Of a DNA stretch of 64,000 nt, positions 9,201 through 16,589 are shown piece after piece. The notes below the pieces were generated by a model that saw only the letters and a list, made by a program, of their open reading frames with translations, was not told the DNA's origin and searched no databases. The stretch spans positions 7,776-71,775 of the forward strand of contig CAYLRW010000001.1 in the NCBI GenBank assembly GCA_964386405.1, read 5' to 3'. Source of the stretch: an uncultured Acidaminococcales bacterium. GTDB taxonomy: Bacteria > Bacillota > Negativicutes > Acidaminococcales > Acidaminococcaceae. The position numbers were made by a program, and so were the translations under genes. How positions within the stretch are numbered: position 1 is the stretch's first letter; each line of letters begins with the position of its first letter.

Positions 9201-9979
9201 ACTTCCATATAACGATCATAAGCAGTTTGAATAGGTTGATTATAAACACCAGGTGCAATTTCAACATCCTCAATTTCTGTCATGAATGTTGTATGGCGGC
9301 AATGGTCAGACCAATATGTATCAAGCACCTTTATTTCAGTAATCGTTGGAGGACGGTTTTCTTCCTGAAAATATTTTTGACAAAATAATAAATCTTCCAA
9401 ATCCATAGCTAGTCCGCTATCAATTCGGAATGACTCCATTTCAGAACGTGTGAGATTGTTAAAATCCTTTAATACTGCGACTCTGGCCGGCTCTTCACAA
9501 GTGGTTTGCAAAGTAGCTGGTTTTTCCCAGGAGGCTTCTCTGGCTTCAATTGGGTTAATGCAGTATTTTTTTATACGCTCCATATCGGCATCAGATATTT
9601 CGCCCTCGAAGATGTAAACTTTAGCATTTGCAATCATCGGTTTTTCTTTTTGGGTAATCAGCTGAACACATTGTTCCGCAAAATCTTCCCTTTGATCATA
9701 CTGTCCGGGAAGCAATTCAATGACAAAACTTTTTGCATTTTTGTCCAAAATAAGTTCTTCTTCAAAAAGCATATCTACTGGCGGCTCTGATAAAACATGT
9801 TGGCTGGCTTCCAAAAATTCCTCATCTGTAAGGCCAAGAACATCATAACGATTGAGAATACGCATGCTTTTAATATTATTGAGCCCAAGATTCTGTTTTA
9901 AATCCGCAAGCAGTTCCTGCGCTTCTATTGCAAATTCAGGTCTCTTTTCCACAAATACTCTCTTGATTTTGTTGCTCAT
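6203..9979 (-). CDS. purL: Phosphoribosylformylglycinamidine (FGAM) synthase, single-chain large form
   Basis: About 1258 aa, with AIR-synthase-like repeats and a C-terminal glutaminase carrying the LGICNGFQ nucleophile elbow. I moved the start to ATG 9979 because GGAGG lies 6 nt upstream. The track start at 9985 abuts the RBS. Confidence 0.93.
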   Translation of the reverse strand: MSNKIKRVFVEKRPEFAIEAQELLADLKQNLGLNNIKSMRILNRYDVLGLTDEEFLEASQHVLSEPPVDMLFEEELILDKNAKSFVIELLPGQYDQREDFAEQCVQLITQKEKPMIANAKVYIFEGEISDADMERIKKYCINPIEAREASWEKPATLQTTCEEPARVAVLKDFNNLTRSEMESFRIDSGLAMDLEDLLFCQKYFQEENRPPTITEIKVLDTYWSDHCRHTTFMTEIEDVEIAPGVYNQPIQTAYDRYMEVRDKIYGTKTERPVTLMDIAVVGMKKLRSEGKLADLDVSDEINACSIIVPIEIDGKNEEWLVMFKNETHNHPTEIEPFGGAATCLGGAIRDPLSGRAYVYQAMRVTGAADPRTPIEDTLPGKLPQRKITIGAASGYSSYGNQIGLATGHVQEYYHDNFVAKRMELGAVIGAVPRKNVRRETPAEGDLIILLGGRTGRDGCGGATGSSKEHTIESLLSCGAEVQKGNPPTERKIQRLFRNPEVAKLIKRCNDFGAGGVSVACGELTDGLVINLDKVPKKYEGLDGTELAISESQERMALVIEAKDWEKFIGFADKENLEATVVAEVSSNPRLVMYWRGERIVDLSRAFLNTNGVAQKTDICVKELTETCIFNKVPSCVVENNLEQSWLANLSRLNVCSQKGLSERFDSTIGRGTVLMPFGGKNQLTPTEGMVARLPVLKGITNAASVMACGYNPEVACWSPFHGAMYAVVESVCRAVALGADPDKIHLTLQEYFPKLNNTETWGQPFSALLGAFMAQDALEIAAIGGKDSMSGTFMDKTVPPTLVSFAVSVIDSEKAISTEFKTAGNNVIFIAAPRDEHEVIDFEVLRKNLRVLHQAIIANKVASVGVIKEGGIAAAVSVMCLGNSLGFEFIKPFNDTDSLFTLQPGGFVVELADGLSPEDLFADIEYINLGHLTNSKLISLNETEITLDNITSAYLKPLETIFPRIVDAGAKVAEINQPLYKESLPLTAPYSIAKPRVFIPVFPGINCEYDTAAAFEAAGGIAEVFVVRNLTAAAINDSIDTMVKMINNCQILMLPGGFSAGDEPDGSGKFIATMFRNKKIQEAVNTLLQERDGLMLGICNGFQALIKLGLVPYGEIVDMRQDSPTLTFNKIGRHVSQIVETKIISNKSPWLNFVEPGDIHSIAVSHGEGRFYAPEAEIKRLFANGQIATQYVDQNGAPTMQMPFNPNGSLYAVEGITSPDGRVFGKMGHSERYVPGLMKNIHGNKDQKIFISGVKYFD

Positions 9980-9993
9980 ATTCATCCTCCAAA

Positions 9994-11187
9994 CTAATAA
10001 TACTCATTAATATAATTATTGCACTTTGGCAAAATATCTGACAACAAACGCCCTGCATCGGCAGAATGAACTGCAACAATATCCTCTGCAACTAATTCCG
10101 ACAGACTGAACTGACCGAAATAAAGCTGAGTAAACGCGCTTATATCCATTTCGATATCAGGTAAGTTGAATGTATCCTCAATTCTTATACCATCATTGCC
10201 AATATTCAATTTCATCAAAATATTGTTTGATTTAACCAAATCATCAGTTATCAGGATGGTAAAACTACCTTCAATATGCTCATTATTTATTGGTAACAAT
10301 TCTAATGCTTTTCTCGCATCAATTATTCTGGCCATCATAAATGGAAGCATGCTGCCGCAATGCGATTGATCTGGGAAGTGCAAATATGTTAAGTCATCGG
10401 CTTCTGCCAACCATTCAAGTTTATCACATTGTGCCATATGTTGTCTTGCATATCGCAAAAAACAATTTTTTACCGCTGCATCAACATACACCATTTCGAT
10501 AATTTTAAACACCATACCTACGCGTTGATATAATACATATCCAACCGGCAAATCGCCTCTATAAGCAATAGCGGCTTCGCCGCTTTCATTTGTGAAGACA
10601 GACCAAAAATTAGTCCATTCGCGTTCAGACCTTACGACACAGCCATTATATTTTTGCACAAAACTTTCGTATAAAGCACTGACTTCAGTAAAGTCATTTA
10701 AATTTTCAACCCTTTTAAGTTCTATGCTGTCATCCACTTCTCCATATGACAGTGCTCGTAAAGGTAATTCATAGCGATGTTTGAAATAAACAAAAGCAAA
10801 CTGGTAAGGCTGATAAACGCCAGCGTGCTCTGGCATCAAAATCACAAAAAACTTGCCTTGCGCTTTTAAAATGGCAAATGCCATCTCAAATAATTCTTTG
10901 GTAGCGCGCTTGCCACGAGCGGCTGGATCAGTTGCTACCCCTACCAGATATGAAGTTGGTACTTCCATTCCGCGTAATTTTAATTTATAGGGGTTAAAAT
11001 GAACCATGGTTGCTAGGGCACCCTGTTTATTAAAACCACCAAGAATAGCATTTTGTTTCAAACAATACTCCGTAAAATACCATTTGAAAAAATATGAATC
11101 TTTTTTTTCAAAACAATAATCCCACAAAGATTCAACTTTTGCTATGTTTTTTTCATTAATCAAATGAAATTCCATATTGTTCTCCAT
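9994..11187 (-). CDS. Eis-like GNAT N-acetyltransferase with a C-terminal SCP2-like domain
   Basis: 397 aa. It has a GNAT core (VGVATDPAARGKR), a central second GNAT-like domain, and a C-terminal sterol-carrier-like region ending in an aromatic residue, as in Eis-family enzymes. Its start ATG shares one nucleotide with the upstream TAA (TAATG). Confidence 0.7.
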   Translation of the reverse strand: MENNMEFHLINEKNIAKVESLWDYCFEKKDSYFFKWYFTEYCLKQNAILGGFNKQGALATMVHFNPYKLKLRGMEVPTSYLVGVATDPAARGKRATKELFEMAFAILKAQGKFFVILMPEHAGVYQPYQFAFVYFKHRYELPLRALSYGEVDDSIELKRVENLNDFTEVSALYESFVQKYNGCVVRSEREWTNFWSVFTNESGEAAIAYRGDLPVGYVLYQRVGMVFKIIEMVYVDAAVKNCFLRYARQHMAQCDKLEWLAEADDLTYLHFPDQSHCGSMLPFMMARIIDARKALELLPINNEHIEGSFTILITDDLVKSNNILMKLNIGNDGIRIEDTFNLPDIEMDISAFTQLYFGQFSLSELVAEDIVAVHSADAGRLLSDILPKCNNYINEYY

Positions 11188-12077
11188 TAAACATTAATAA
11201 CAGCAGTATATTTTTTCACCATAAACTCAGGTTGATAAGATTCTTTGGCTTTGCGCAAACCTTCCAGACCCATGTCTTCTTCTCTATTAATATATTTTAC
11301 ATCAGTCAAGACATTTGCACAAAAGTCTTGATTTATAACTGTATACAGGCCCCTAATCTCCGGATTAGCTTTTTCAAAATGAATTACAGCCATATCTTTA
11401 TTATATTTTTCACCAATGGTAAAAGCCTGGACTACCCCATTAATTCTTATTAAAGCGCCTCTGATATTCAAAGTTTCAAATTTGGTCAAGGCTTCTTCTA
11501 ATGCGCAAAGCTCGCATCGCAATCCTTCAGCATTTTGCCCTTTCATTTCACACCATAAATCCGCAAAAGCGATGCACTCAGCTATATCATTCTTGGAGAT
11601 TACAGAGAAAACATAATCAGGATTTTCTTTTCTAAAGGCGTTTGCATGGTTTTTCTTGGCATGGTATTTGCGTCCAGCCAAATTTGCTAAGTTATCTCTA
11701 AGGTATACATAGTCCCAATTATCCCTATCATCAATATATTCTGTCTTGTCAGGTAAATTGGCTTTTAATAACGATAATGTTTCCTCATAAATACCACGCA
11801 TCTCAAATGTTTTTCCAGCGAAGGCCTCTTTTAATTCATCTATTACAGCTGGCAAATCTTCGATAGCGCCCCCAAAAGGTTGCAACACAAATGTTATATC
11901 ATCACGGGTAACCTTAATGATGAGAAATCCGTGAGAAATAGCCCAGCAAATCTTATAGCATCTGCGCCAAACAAATAAATTGGTAAATGTACATTCAGAT
12001 CCTTGATAATAATCCATAGCAAAATATTTATCAAAAATGTCTTTATCCTCTAATTGAATTTCTTTAAAGTTTAAAAT
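11187..12077 (-). CDS. DUF2156 protein (homolog of the MprF C-terminal lysyl-PG synthase domain; tandem GNAT fold), probable non-canonical ATT start
   Basis: The track ORF starts at ATG 12017. The frame stays open to a TGA at 12084-12086 and encodes ILNFKEIQLEDKDIFDKYFA upstream of that Met. A GGAG at 12087-12090 lies 9 nt before the in-frame ATT at 12077. The SECTFTNLFVWR motif is typical of the family. Confidence 0.6.
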   Translation of the reverse strand: MLNFKEIQLEDKDIFDKYFAMDYYQGSECTFTNLFVWRRCYKICWAISHGFLIIKVTRDDITFVLQPFGGAIEDLPAVIDELKEAFAGKTFEMRGIYEETLSLLKANLPDKTEYIDDRDNWDYVYLRDNLANLAGRKYHAKKNHANAFRKENPDYVFSVISKNDIAECIAFADLWCEMKGQNAEGLRCELCALEEALTKFETLNIRGALIRINGVVQAFTIGEKYNKDMAVIHFEKANPEIRGLYTVINQDFCANVLTDVKYINREEDMGLEGLRKAKESYQPEFMVKKYTAVINV

Positions 12078-12113
12078 ATTTAATCACTCCTTAATATAAG
12101 CCTTCCGTCTATC

Positions 12114-12142
12114 ATTATAACAAATAATACCGATAAAAGACA
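12114..12142 (-). promoter_or_regulatory. Extended -10 promoter (TGTTATAAT) for the DUF2156-GNAT-purL operon
   Basis: The minus-strand sequence tgttataat is at 12122-12114. The -35 element is weak. The promoter lies just downstream of the zinc-ribbon gene terminator. Confidence 0.4.
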
Positions 12143-12149
12143 TAAAACA

Positions 12150-12181
12150 CAAAAAAACCAGCTACATAAGTAGCTGGTTTG
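12150..12181 (-). terminator. Intrinsic terminator after the zinc-ribbon gene
   Basis: On the minus strand the sequence is aaaccagctacttatgtagctggttttttt, a 9-bp stem followed by T7. Confidence 0.8.
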
Positions 12182-12190
12182 AAATACGTC

Positions 12191-12478
12191 TTATTGTTCT
12201 TTAAGTTTGTTGAAACAATCGCGGCAGTATACTGGCCTATCCATAGATGGACGGAATGGAACTTCTGTCTGACAACCGCATTCAGCACAAGTTGCAGAAT
12301 ACATTTGACGCGGTGCTCTTTCACCATTACCCATGCGTTGTTTACGTGCTTGACGACATGCAGGGCAACGTCCAGGTTCATTTGTGAATCCTTTTTCCTC
12401 ATAAAATTCTTGTTCAGAAGCGGAGAAAACGAATTCTGCGCCACATTCGCGGCAAGTTAATGTTTTGTCTTCCTTCAT
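12191..12478 (-). CDS. Small double zinc-ribbon protein (CxxC-x25-CxxC plus CxxC-x17-CxxC)
   Basis: The translation is MKEDKTLTCRECGAEF...RCPACRQ...TCAECGCQTEVPFRPSMDRPVYCRDCF. I set the start to ATG 12478, which has AAGGAG 8 nt upstream. The track's GTG at 12487 overlaps the RBS. Confidence 0.8.
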   Translation of the reverse strand: MKEDKTLTCRECGAEFVFSASEQEFYEEKGFTNEPGRCPACRQARKQRMGNGERAPRQMYSATCAECGCQTEVPFRPSMDRPVYCRDCFNKLKEQ

Positions 12479-12598
12479 TACTATCACTCCTTCTTATCTA
12501 TACCCCATGCGGACTCATAGATATGTTCCTAAGCTTCCCCAAGAAGTTGGGAAGAAGTGTGGAATCCTATCGAACCTGGTGAGATATCAACTACGAGT

Positions 12599-12627
12599 AG
12601 TTTATACTATTGAAAGATAAAAGTCAA
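12599..12627 (-). promoter_or_regulatory. Sigma-70-like promoter TTGACT-17-TAAACT driving a ~115-nt leader of the zinc-ribbon gene
   Basis: On the minus strand, TTGACT is at 12627-12622 and TAAACT at 12604-12599, with a 17-nt spacer. Confidence 0.45.
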
Positions 12628-12688
12628 CACTACACGCACAGTATTTTTATATATATAAGTTTTTAGTGAAAAATGCTTACAATTGTTT

Positions 12689-13297
12689 TTATTTTAGAAA
12701 ATTCGTATCATTAATATTTTTTATCCAACAACGATCTTCCAAATGTAAGATACAGCTAATACCAGCATTATCTATGCTGATTTTCCACATCTCATTTAAA
12801 TCAAGATTTAAGACAGCACATAATATTGTGCGCACAGTACCACCATGAGAAACAATAAAAATATCACTTTCATCCTCGCATTCCTGGACAATTTTATTAA
12901 AAGCCTCCCATGCTCTGCTCTGCACTTCTTTGAAACTTTCACCGCCGCTTATTTTTACCTCAGCTGGCTTCTTAAAAAACTTTTCAACATCTTTCGGCCA
13001 CTTGGCTTTTATATCTTCGTACGTTAAACCTTCCCATTCACCAAAACTAATCTCTTTTAGCGCAGGAATTTTTATAATCTCAGCAGAATGAGTCTCCGCT
13101 GTTGGTTTAGCAGTTTCTACGGTTCTGATCAAGTCGCTTGTATAAATTTTAGGCAAATTATGATTGGTAAAATAACCAACTAATCTTTGTGCTTGCCAAA
13201 GTCCGTTAGAATTAAGATGGTTGTCTATATGGCCCTGAAATGTATAGGAATTATTGGCATCAGTTTGACCATGTCTTGCTAGAAAAATTTTTTTCAT
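12689..13297 (-). CDS. cobC: Histidine-phosphatase family protein, likely alpha-ribazole-5'-phosphate phosphatase
   Basis: It has the RHGQT motif (MKKIFLARHGQTDAN). It is the last gene of the cob nucleotide-loop operon. Confidence 0.8.
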   Translation of the reverse strand: MKKIFLARHGQTDANNSYTFQGHIDNHLNSNGLWQAQRLVGYFTNHNLPKIYTSDLIRTVETAKPTAETHSAEIIKIPALKEISFGEWEGLTYEDIKAKWPKDVEKFFKKPAEVKISGGESFKEVQSRAWEAFNKIVQECEDESDIFIVSHGGTVRTILCAVLNLDLNEMWKISIDNAGISCILHLEDRCWIKNINDTNFLK

Positions 13298-13312
13298 TAT
13301 ACTTAACTCCAG

Positions 13313-14179
13313 TTATTTGTTTTTTGAAACAGAGAATTCTTCTAATTCTGAATGTACACCAGCTTGTGCAAATGTTTCCATTTCTTTATATGCCTTTATG
13401 CCCGCATCAAGCAAAGTAAAAGCCAATGCGGTGCCTTCGCCCTGTCCTTGCGATATTTGTAAGCACAATACTGCTGATAAGCCTAATTCTTTAACCAGGT
13501 CTTCCTGACCTTCTTCTGTTGTTATGTTACTCGCGATGCAATATTCCAATGACATAGGTGCAATTTTTGCTGCTATAAAAGCAGCCAATGTTGAGGCTAA
13601 ACCGTCTAGCATAATAGGAATCTGTAAATATGCAGAAGTTAAAATTGCCCCAACTGCAGCAGAAAGTCTGACGTCATTAAAATAGCGTAAAATCGCATAA
13701 GGTTCTTCATTCTTTATCTTGCTCCACTCAACAGGTAAATAATACCTGCCAGGTAATGCTACAGAAAATAATTGATAGCCATTACTCATGATATTTTTTT
13801 CTGTTGTATCTATACCTTTAAGCAATGCATCAATCATATTGTCTACAGTAGAATCATCCTGTCGACAGCCTAACTCCGCAATAAGAACTTCACTTTTGGC
13901 CTGCTTAGCTAAAAAGTTTAGTGGCTCCTTGCCTGCATACATCTTTTCTAAGAAAGATTGATCTTGCTCTGATGCCCAAAGAGAAATGGCTTTTTTAGGA
14001 TATTCAAGTTTAACAGGGTCAGCTTCTCCATTTGCACCTATGTAGAGACAAACCATATCTTCAAGTTTTGCCAAAGAACCTTTAGGTTTAATCAAATTAT
14101 CAAAATGGTTCCTTGCTTCATTGATTGCACCTCTATCTAAAGGTTTTATGTTTAAAACTAATTCTAAAATATCAATCAT
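13313..14179 (-). CDS. Divergent, shortened CobT-family paralog (nicotinate-nucleotide:base phosphoribosyltransferase-like)
   Basis: 288 aa. It retains the CobT N-terminal KPKGSLAKLED motif and the C-terminal GQGEGTALA...YKEMETFAQAGV motif. The EMGIGNTT loop and about 35 following residues seen in the 341-aa CobT are not recognisable. Its ATG abuts the cobS TGA (TGAATG). Confidence 0.7.
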   Translation of the reverse strand: MIDILELVLNIKPLDRGAINEARNHFDNLIKPKGSLAKLEDMVCLYIGANGEADPVKLEYPKKAISLWASEQDQSFLEKMYAGKEPLNFLAKQAKSEVLIAELGCRQDDSTVDNMIDALLKGIDTTEKNIMSNGYQLFSVALPGRYYLPVEWSKIKNEEPYAILRYFNDVRLSAAVGAILTSAYLQIPIMLDGLASTLAAFIAAKIAPMSLEYCIASNITTEEGQEDLVKELGLSAVLCLQISQGQGEGTALAFTLLDAGIKAYKEMETFAQAGVHSELEEFSVSKNK

Positions 14180-14944
14180 TCAATAACCACCTAATCTCAT
14201 AAATATCGCGAGCAATAAAAATATTACGTTGCCGATTTCAGTTAAAGCACCATATGTATCACCGGTCAGACCGCCTAACAACTTTACAAAATAATTAGCT
14301 ATTATCAATAAAATTAATAGACAAAGACCAGTAACATACAATGCAGTAAATCCAGCGACAAGATATATAAATAGCATGCCTAAAAGAAACGCAATATAAG
14401 TATAGTATGGTTTAGCATACATCTTAAAGAGATTACCGATGCCTTCCTTTCTGGCATATGGGAAATTAACAATAAATAAAACCATGAATGTCCTTGTTGC
14501 AACTGACATTGCAATCACAACATATGAAAGTGCTTCTGATGGCGTTTCCAGATAAACTGAAATTTTCAACATTATCAATATAATAACAGCCAGCACAGCA
14601 TTAGAACCTACACAGCTGTCTTTCATTATTTCTAACATGCGTTCCCTGTCACGTGCTGAAAAAACGCCATCAGCTGTATCCATAAAGCCATCATACATAA
14701 GACCGCCAGTTATAATTATTTCCGCTAAAATCAGCAATGTAGCACGCAAAAAATCAGAAACATTAGTTTGCACTAAAACTATATTTACTAGTGCTAAAAA
14801 GGCCCCTATAATAAGGCCTACTAAGGGGAAATACGGAACACTTCTGGAAAAATCTTCCTTTGTCCATATATCGCGCTTAGTAAATCTTATTCTGGTCAGA
14901 AATTCCAAGCAAGTTATAAAATCTCTCATCAATAGTTCCCACAT
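14180..14944 (-). CDS. cobS: Adenosylcobinamide-GDP ribazoletransferase (cobalamin synthase)
   Basis: A 254-aa polytopic membrane protein with the N-terminal FLTRIRF motif, located in the cob operon. The start may instead be Met6 at 14929. Confidence 0.85.
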   Translation of the reverse strand: MWELLMRDFITCLEFLTRIRFTKRDIWTKEDFSRSVPYFPLVGLIIGAFLALVNIVLVQTNVSDFLRATLLILAEIIITGGLMYDGFMDTADGVFSARDRERMLEIMKDSCVGSNAVLAVIILIMLKISVYLETPSEALSYVVIAMSVATRTFMVLFIVNFPYARKEGIGNLFKMYAKPYYTYIAFLLGMLFIYLVAGFTALYVTGLCLLILLIIANYFVKLLGGLTGDTYGALTEIGNVIFLLLAIFMRLGGY

Positions 14945-14952
14945 TTCGTCTG

Positions 14953-15978
14953 TTATTGTCTGTTCATTTCCTTATATAATCCCAAAGCTGTCTGTAAAAC
15001 TACAACAGCAAGCGAGGCGCCGGTTCCTTCACCAAGCCGCATGCCAGCGTCCACAATGGGATGTAAATTTAATTGGGACAGCATTCTTCTATGTGCGATT
15101 TCCTCAGACAAATGTGAGCAAAGCATATAGTCTGCGCATTCAGGATATATGCCCCATGCTAGCATTGCTGCTGCTGTAGCATTAACCCCATCAATCATAG
15201 TTGGAATGCCTCTTCTGGCCCCTCCTAGAATCATACCTGCAAGACCAGCGTGATCGTAACCACCTAGCTTGCACAAAACGTCAAGAGCATCATCTGCAAT
15301 CGGAGCATTTACTGCTAACCCTTCGGCAACAACTCGCCGCTTTATCTGCAGGCGTTCATCATTGATACCGGTACCTCTGCCAACAGTTAATTCTGGTGAT
15401 AATTTTAGCATAGCAGACGCAATAGCAGCAGTCGAAGTTGTATTTCCTATTCCCATCTCGGCTGTAACCAGGAGATTATAGCCCTTATCAATGCACTCAT
15501 CAGCTACTTTTATACCAACCTGAAGGGCTTTTACCGCCTGTTCCTTCGTCATAGCAGGTCCTTTGGTGAAATCTTCAGTACCAAAAGCCACTTTTTCGTT
15601 ACGCACGCCCTCGAAATGTGATAAATCAGCATTTACACCAATATCAACAACAAACAAATCTGTATTGGCATATCTAGCCATGACGTTGGCTCCTGCAGTA
15701 CCACGCATATAACCATTAATCATTTGAATGGTAACCTCTGGTGGATATGCACTTACACCATATTTAGCAATACCATGATCACCACACATTAAAAGCATTG
15801 CCGGTTTTAAGACATTGGGGAGTTCATTTCCAATCATGGCTCCATATTTTGCAACTATTTTTTCTATATCACCCAAACTATGCTTAGGTTTATCCATAAG
15901 TTCCCATTTATGATAAATATTATTTTCAATTTCTTTAGAGGGCAAAATAATATTTATATTCTCAAGAATATCGGTCAT
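14953..15978 (-). CDS. cobT: Nicotinate-nucleotide--dimethylbenzimidazole phosphoribosyltransferase
   Basis: 341 aa with the canonical motifs KPKHSLGDIE, CGDHGI, EMGIGNTTS and MRLGEGTGASLA. Confidence 0.9.
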   Translation of the reverse strand: MTDILENINIILPSKEIENNIYHKWELMDKPKHSLGDIEKIVAKYGAMIGNELPNVLKPAMLLMCGDHGIAKYGVSAYPPEVTIQMINGYMRGTAGANVMARYANTDLFVVDIGVNADLSHFEGVRNEKVAFGTEDFTKGPAMTKEQAVKALQVGIKVADECIDKGYNLLVTAEMGIGNTTSTAAIASAMLKLSPELTVGRGTGINDERLQIKRRVVAEGLAVNAPIADDALDVLCKLGGYDHAGLAGMILGGARRGIPTMIDGVNATAAAMLAWGIYPECADYMLCSHLSEEIAHRRMLSQLNLHPIVDAGMRLGEGTGASLAVVVLQTALGLYKEMNRQ

Positions 15979-15984
15979 ATGATG

Positions 15985-16572
15985 TTATTCTCCCAGTATC
16001 GGATTGTCTTCAAATTTAAAAGCTAACTTTTTAATGTCCACCGCTTGTCCAGCGATAACATAAAAAACGGAATCTGCCTCACAACCTACCTGCTGATTCA
16101 ACCATCCTGCAACATCACGGTATTCCCGAGCCATCTGGTTATCAGGAACGATGCCGCTACCTACATCATTAGAGACAAAAACTACTGTTTTGTTTGTGCT
16201 TCGTGCAGCTGTAATTAATTTGTCTACTTCATTTTTTACATACACGCATTTATCCTCAAAACTATTCGGTGCATTTTTTCCATACATTAGGTTAGACAAA
16301 TATAGCGTAAGACAGTCAAACAAAATGCAGTCTGCAGCTTCACCAGCTTGAGCAACCATCTGCTCCGCATTGTATGGAGCTTCAAAGTTAACCCACCTGT
16401 TATTTTTTCGACGCAGTTGATGCTGTTTGACTCTTTCTGCCATTTCGTCGTCAAGGATTTCTGCCGTAGCAATATAAGCACATTTGTAACCGTGATTTAA
16501 AACAAATCTTTCGGCGAAGCTGCTTTTTCCGCTACGCGCACCACCAAGAACCAAAACTAATTTTCCAGCCAC
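15985..16572 (-). CDS. cobU: Bifunctional adenosylcobinamide kinase / adenosylcobinamide-phosphate guanylyltransferase
   Basis: It has the P-loop GGARSGKS. I set the start to GTG 16572 because GGAGG lies 8 nt upstream. The track's TTG at 16587 overlaps the RBS. Confidence 0.88.
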   Translation of the reverse strand: MAGKLVLVLGGARSGKSSFAERFVLNHGYKCAYIATAEILDDEMAERVKQHQLRRKNNRWVNFEAPYNAEQMVAQAGEAADCILFDCLTLYLSNLMYGKNAPNSFEDKCVYVKNEVDKLITAARSTNKTVVFVSNDVGSGIVPDNQMAREYRDVAGWLNQQVGCEADSVFYVIAGQAVDIKKLAFKFEDNPILGE

Positions 16573-16589
16573 TTTATTAACCTCCAAAT

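Noticed and set aside
12115-12444. A 109-aa minus-strand ORF overlapping the zinc-ribbon gene in another frame.
   Set aside because: The 12191-12478 frame encodes four well-spaced CxxC pairs and has a proper RBS. The alternative frame runs through the terminator hairpin and has no RBS.
14637-15179. A 180-aa plus-strand ORF antisense to cobS/cobT. Similar long antisense ORFs lie at 51643-52152 and 57266-57766.
   Set aside because: They lie entirely opposite strongly supported conserved genes. They have no RBS and low-complexity, unrecognisable translations. They are typical shadow ORFs.
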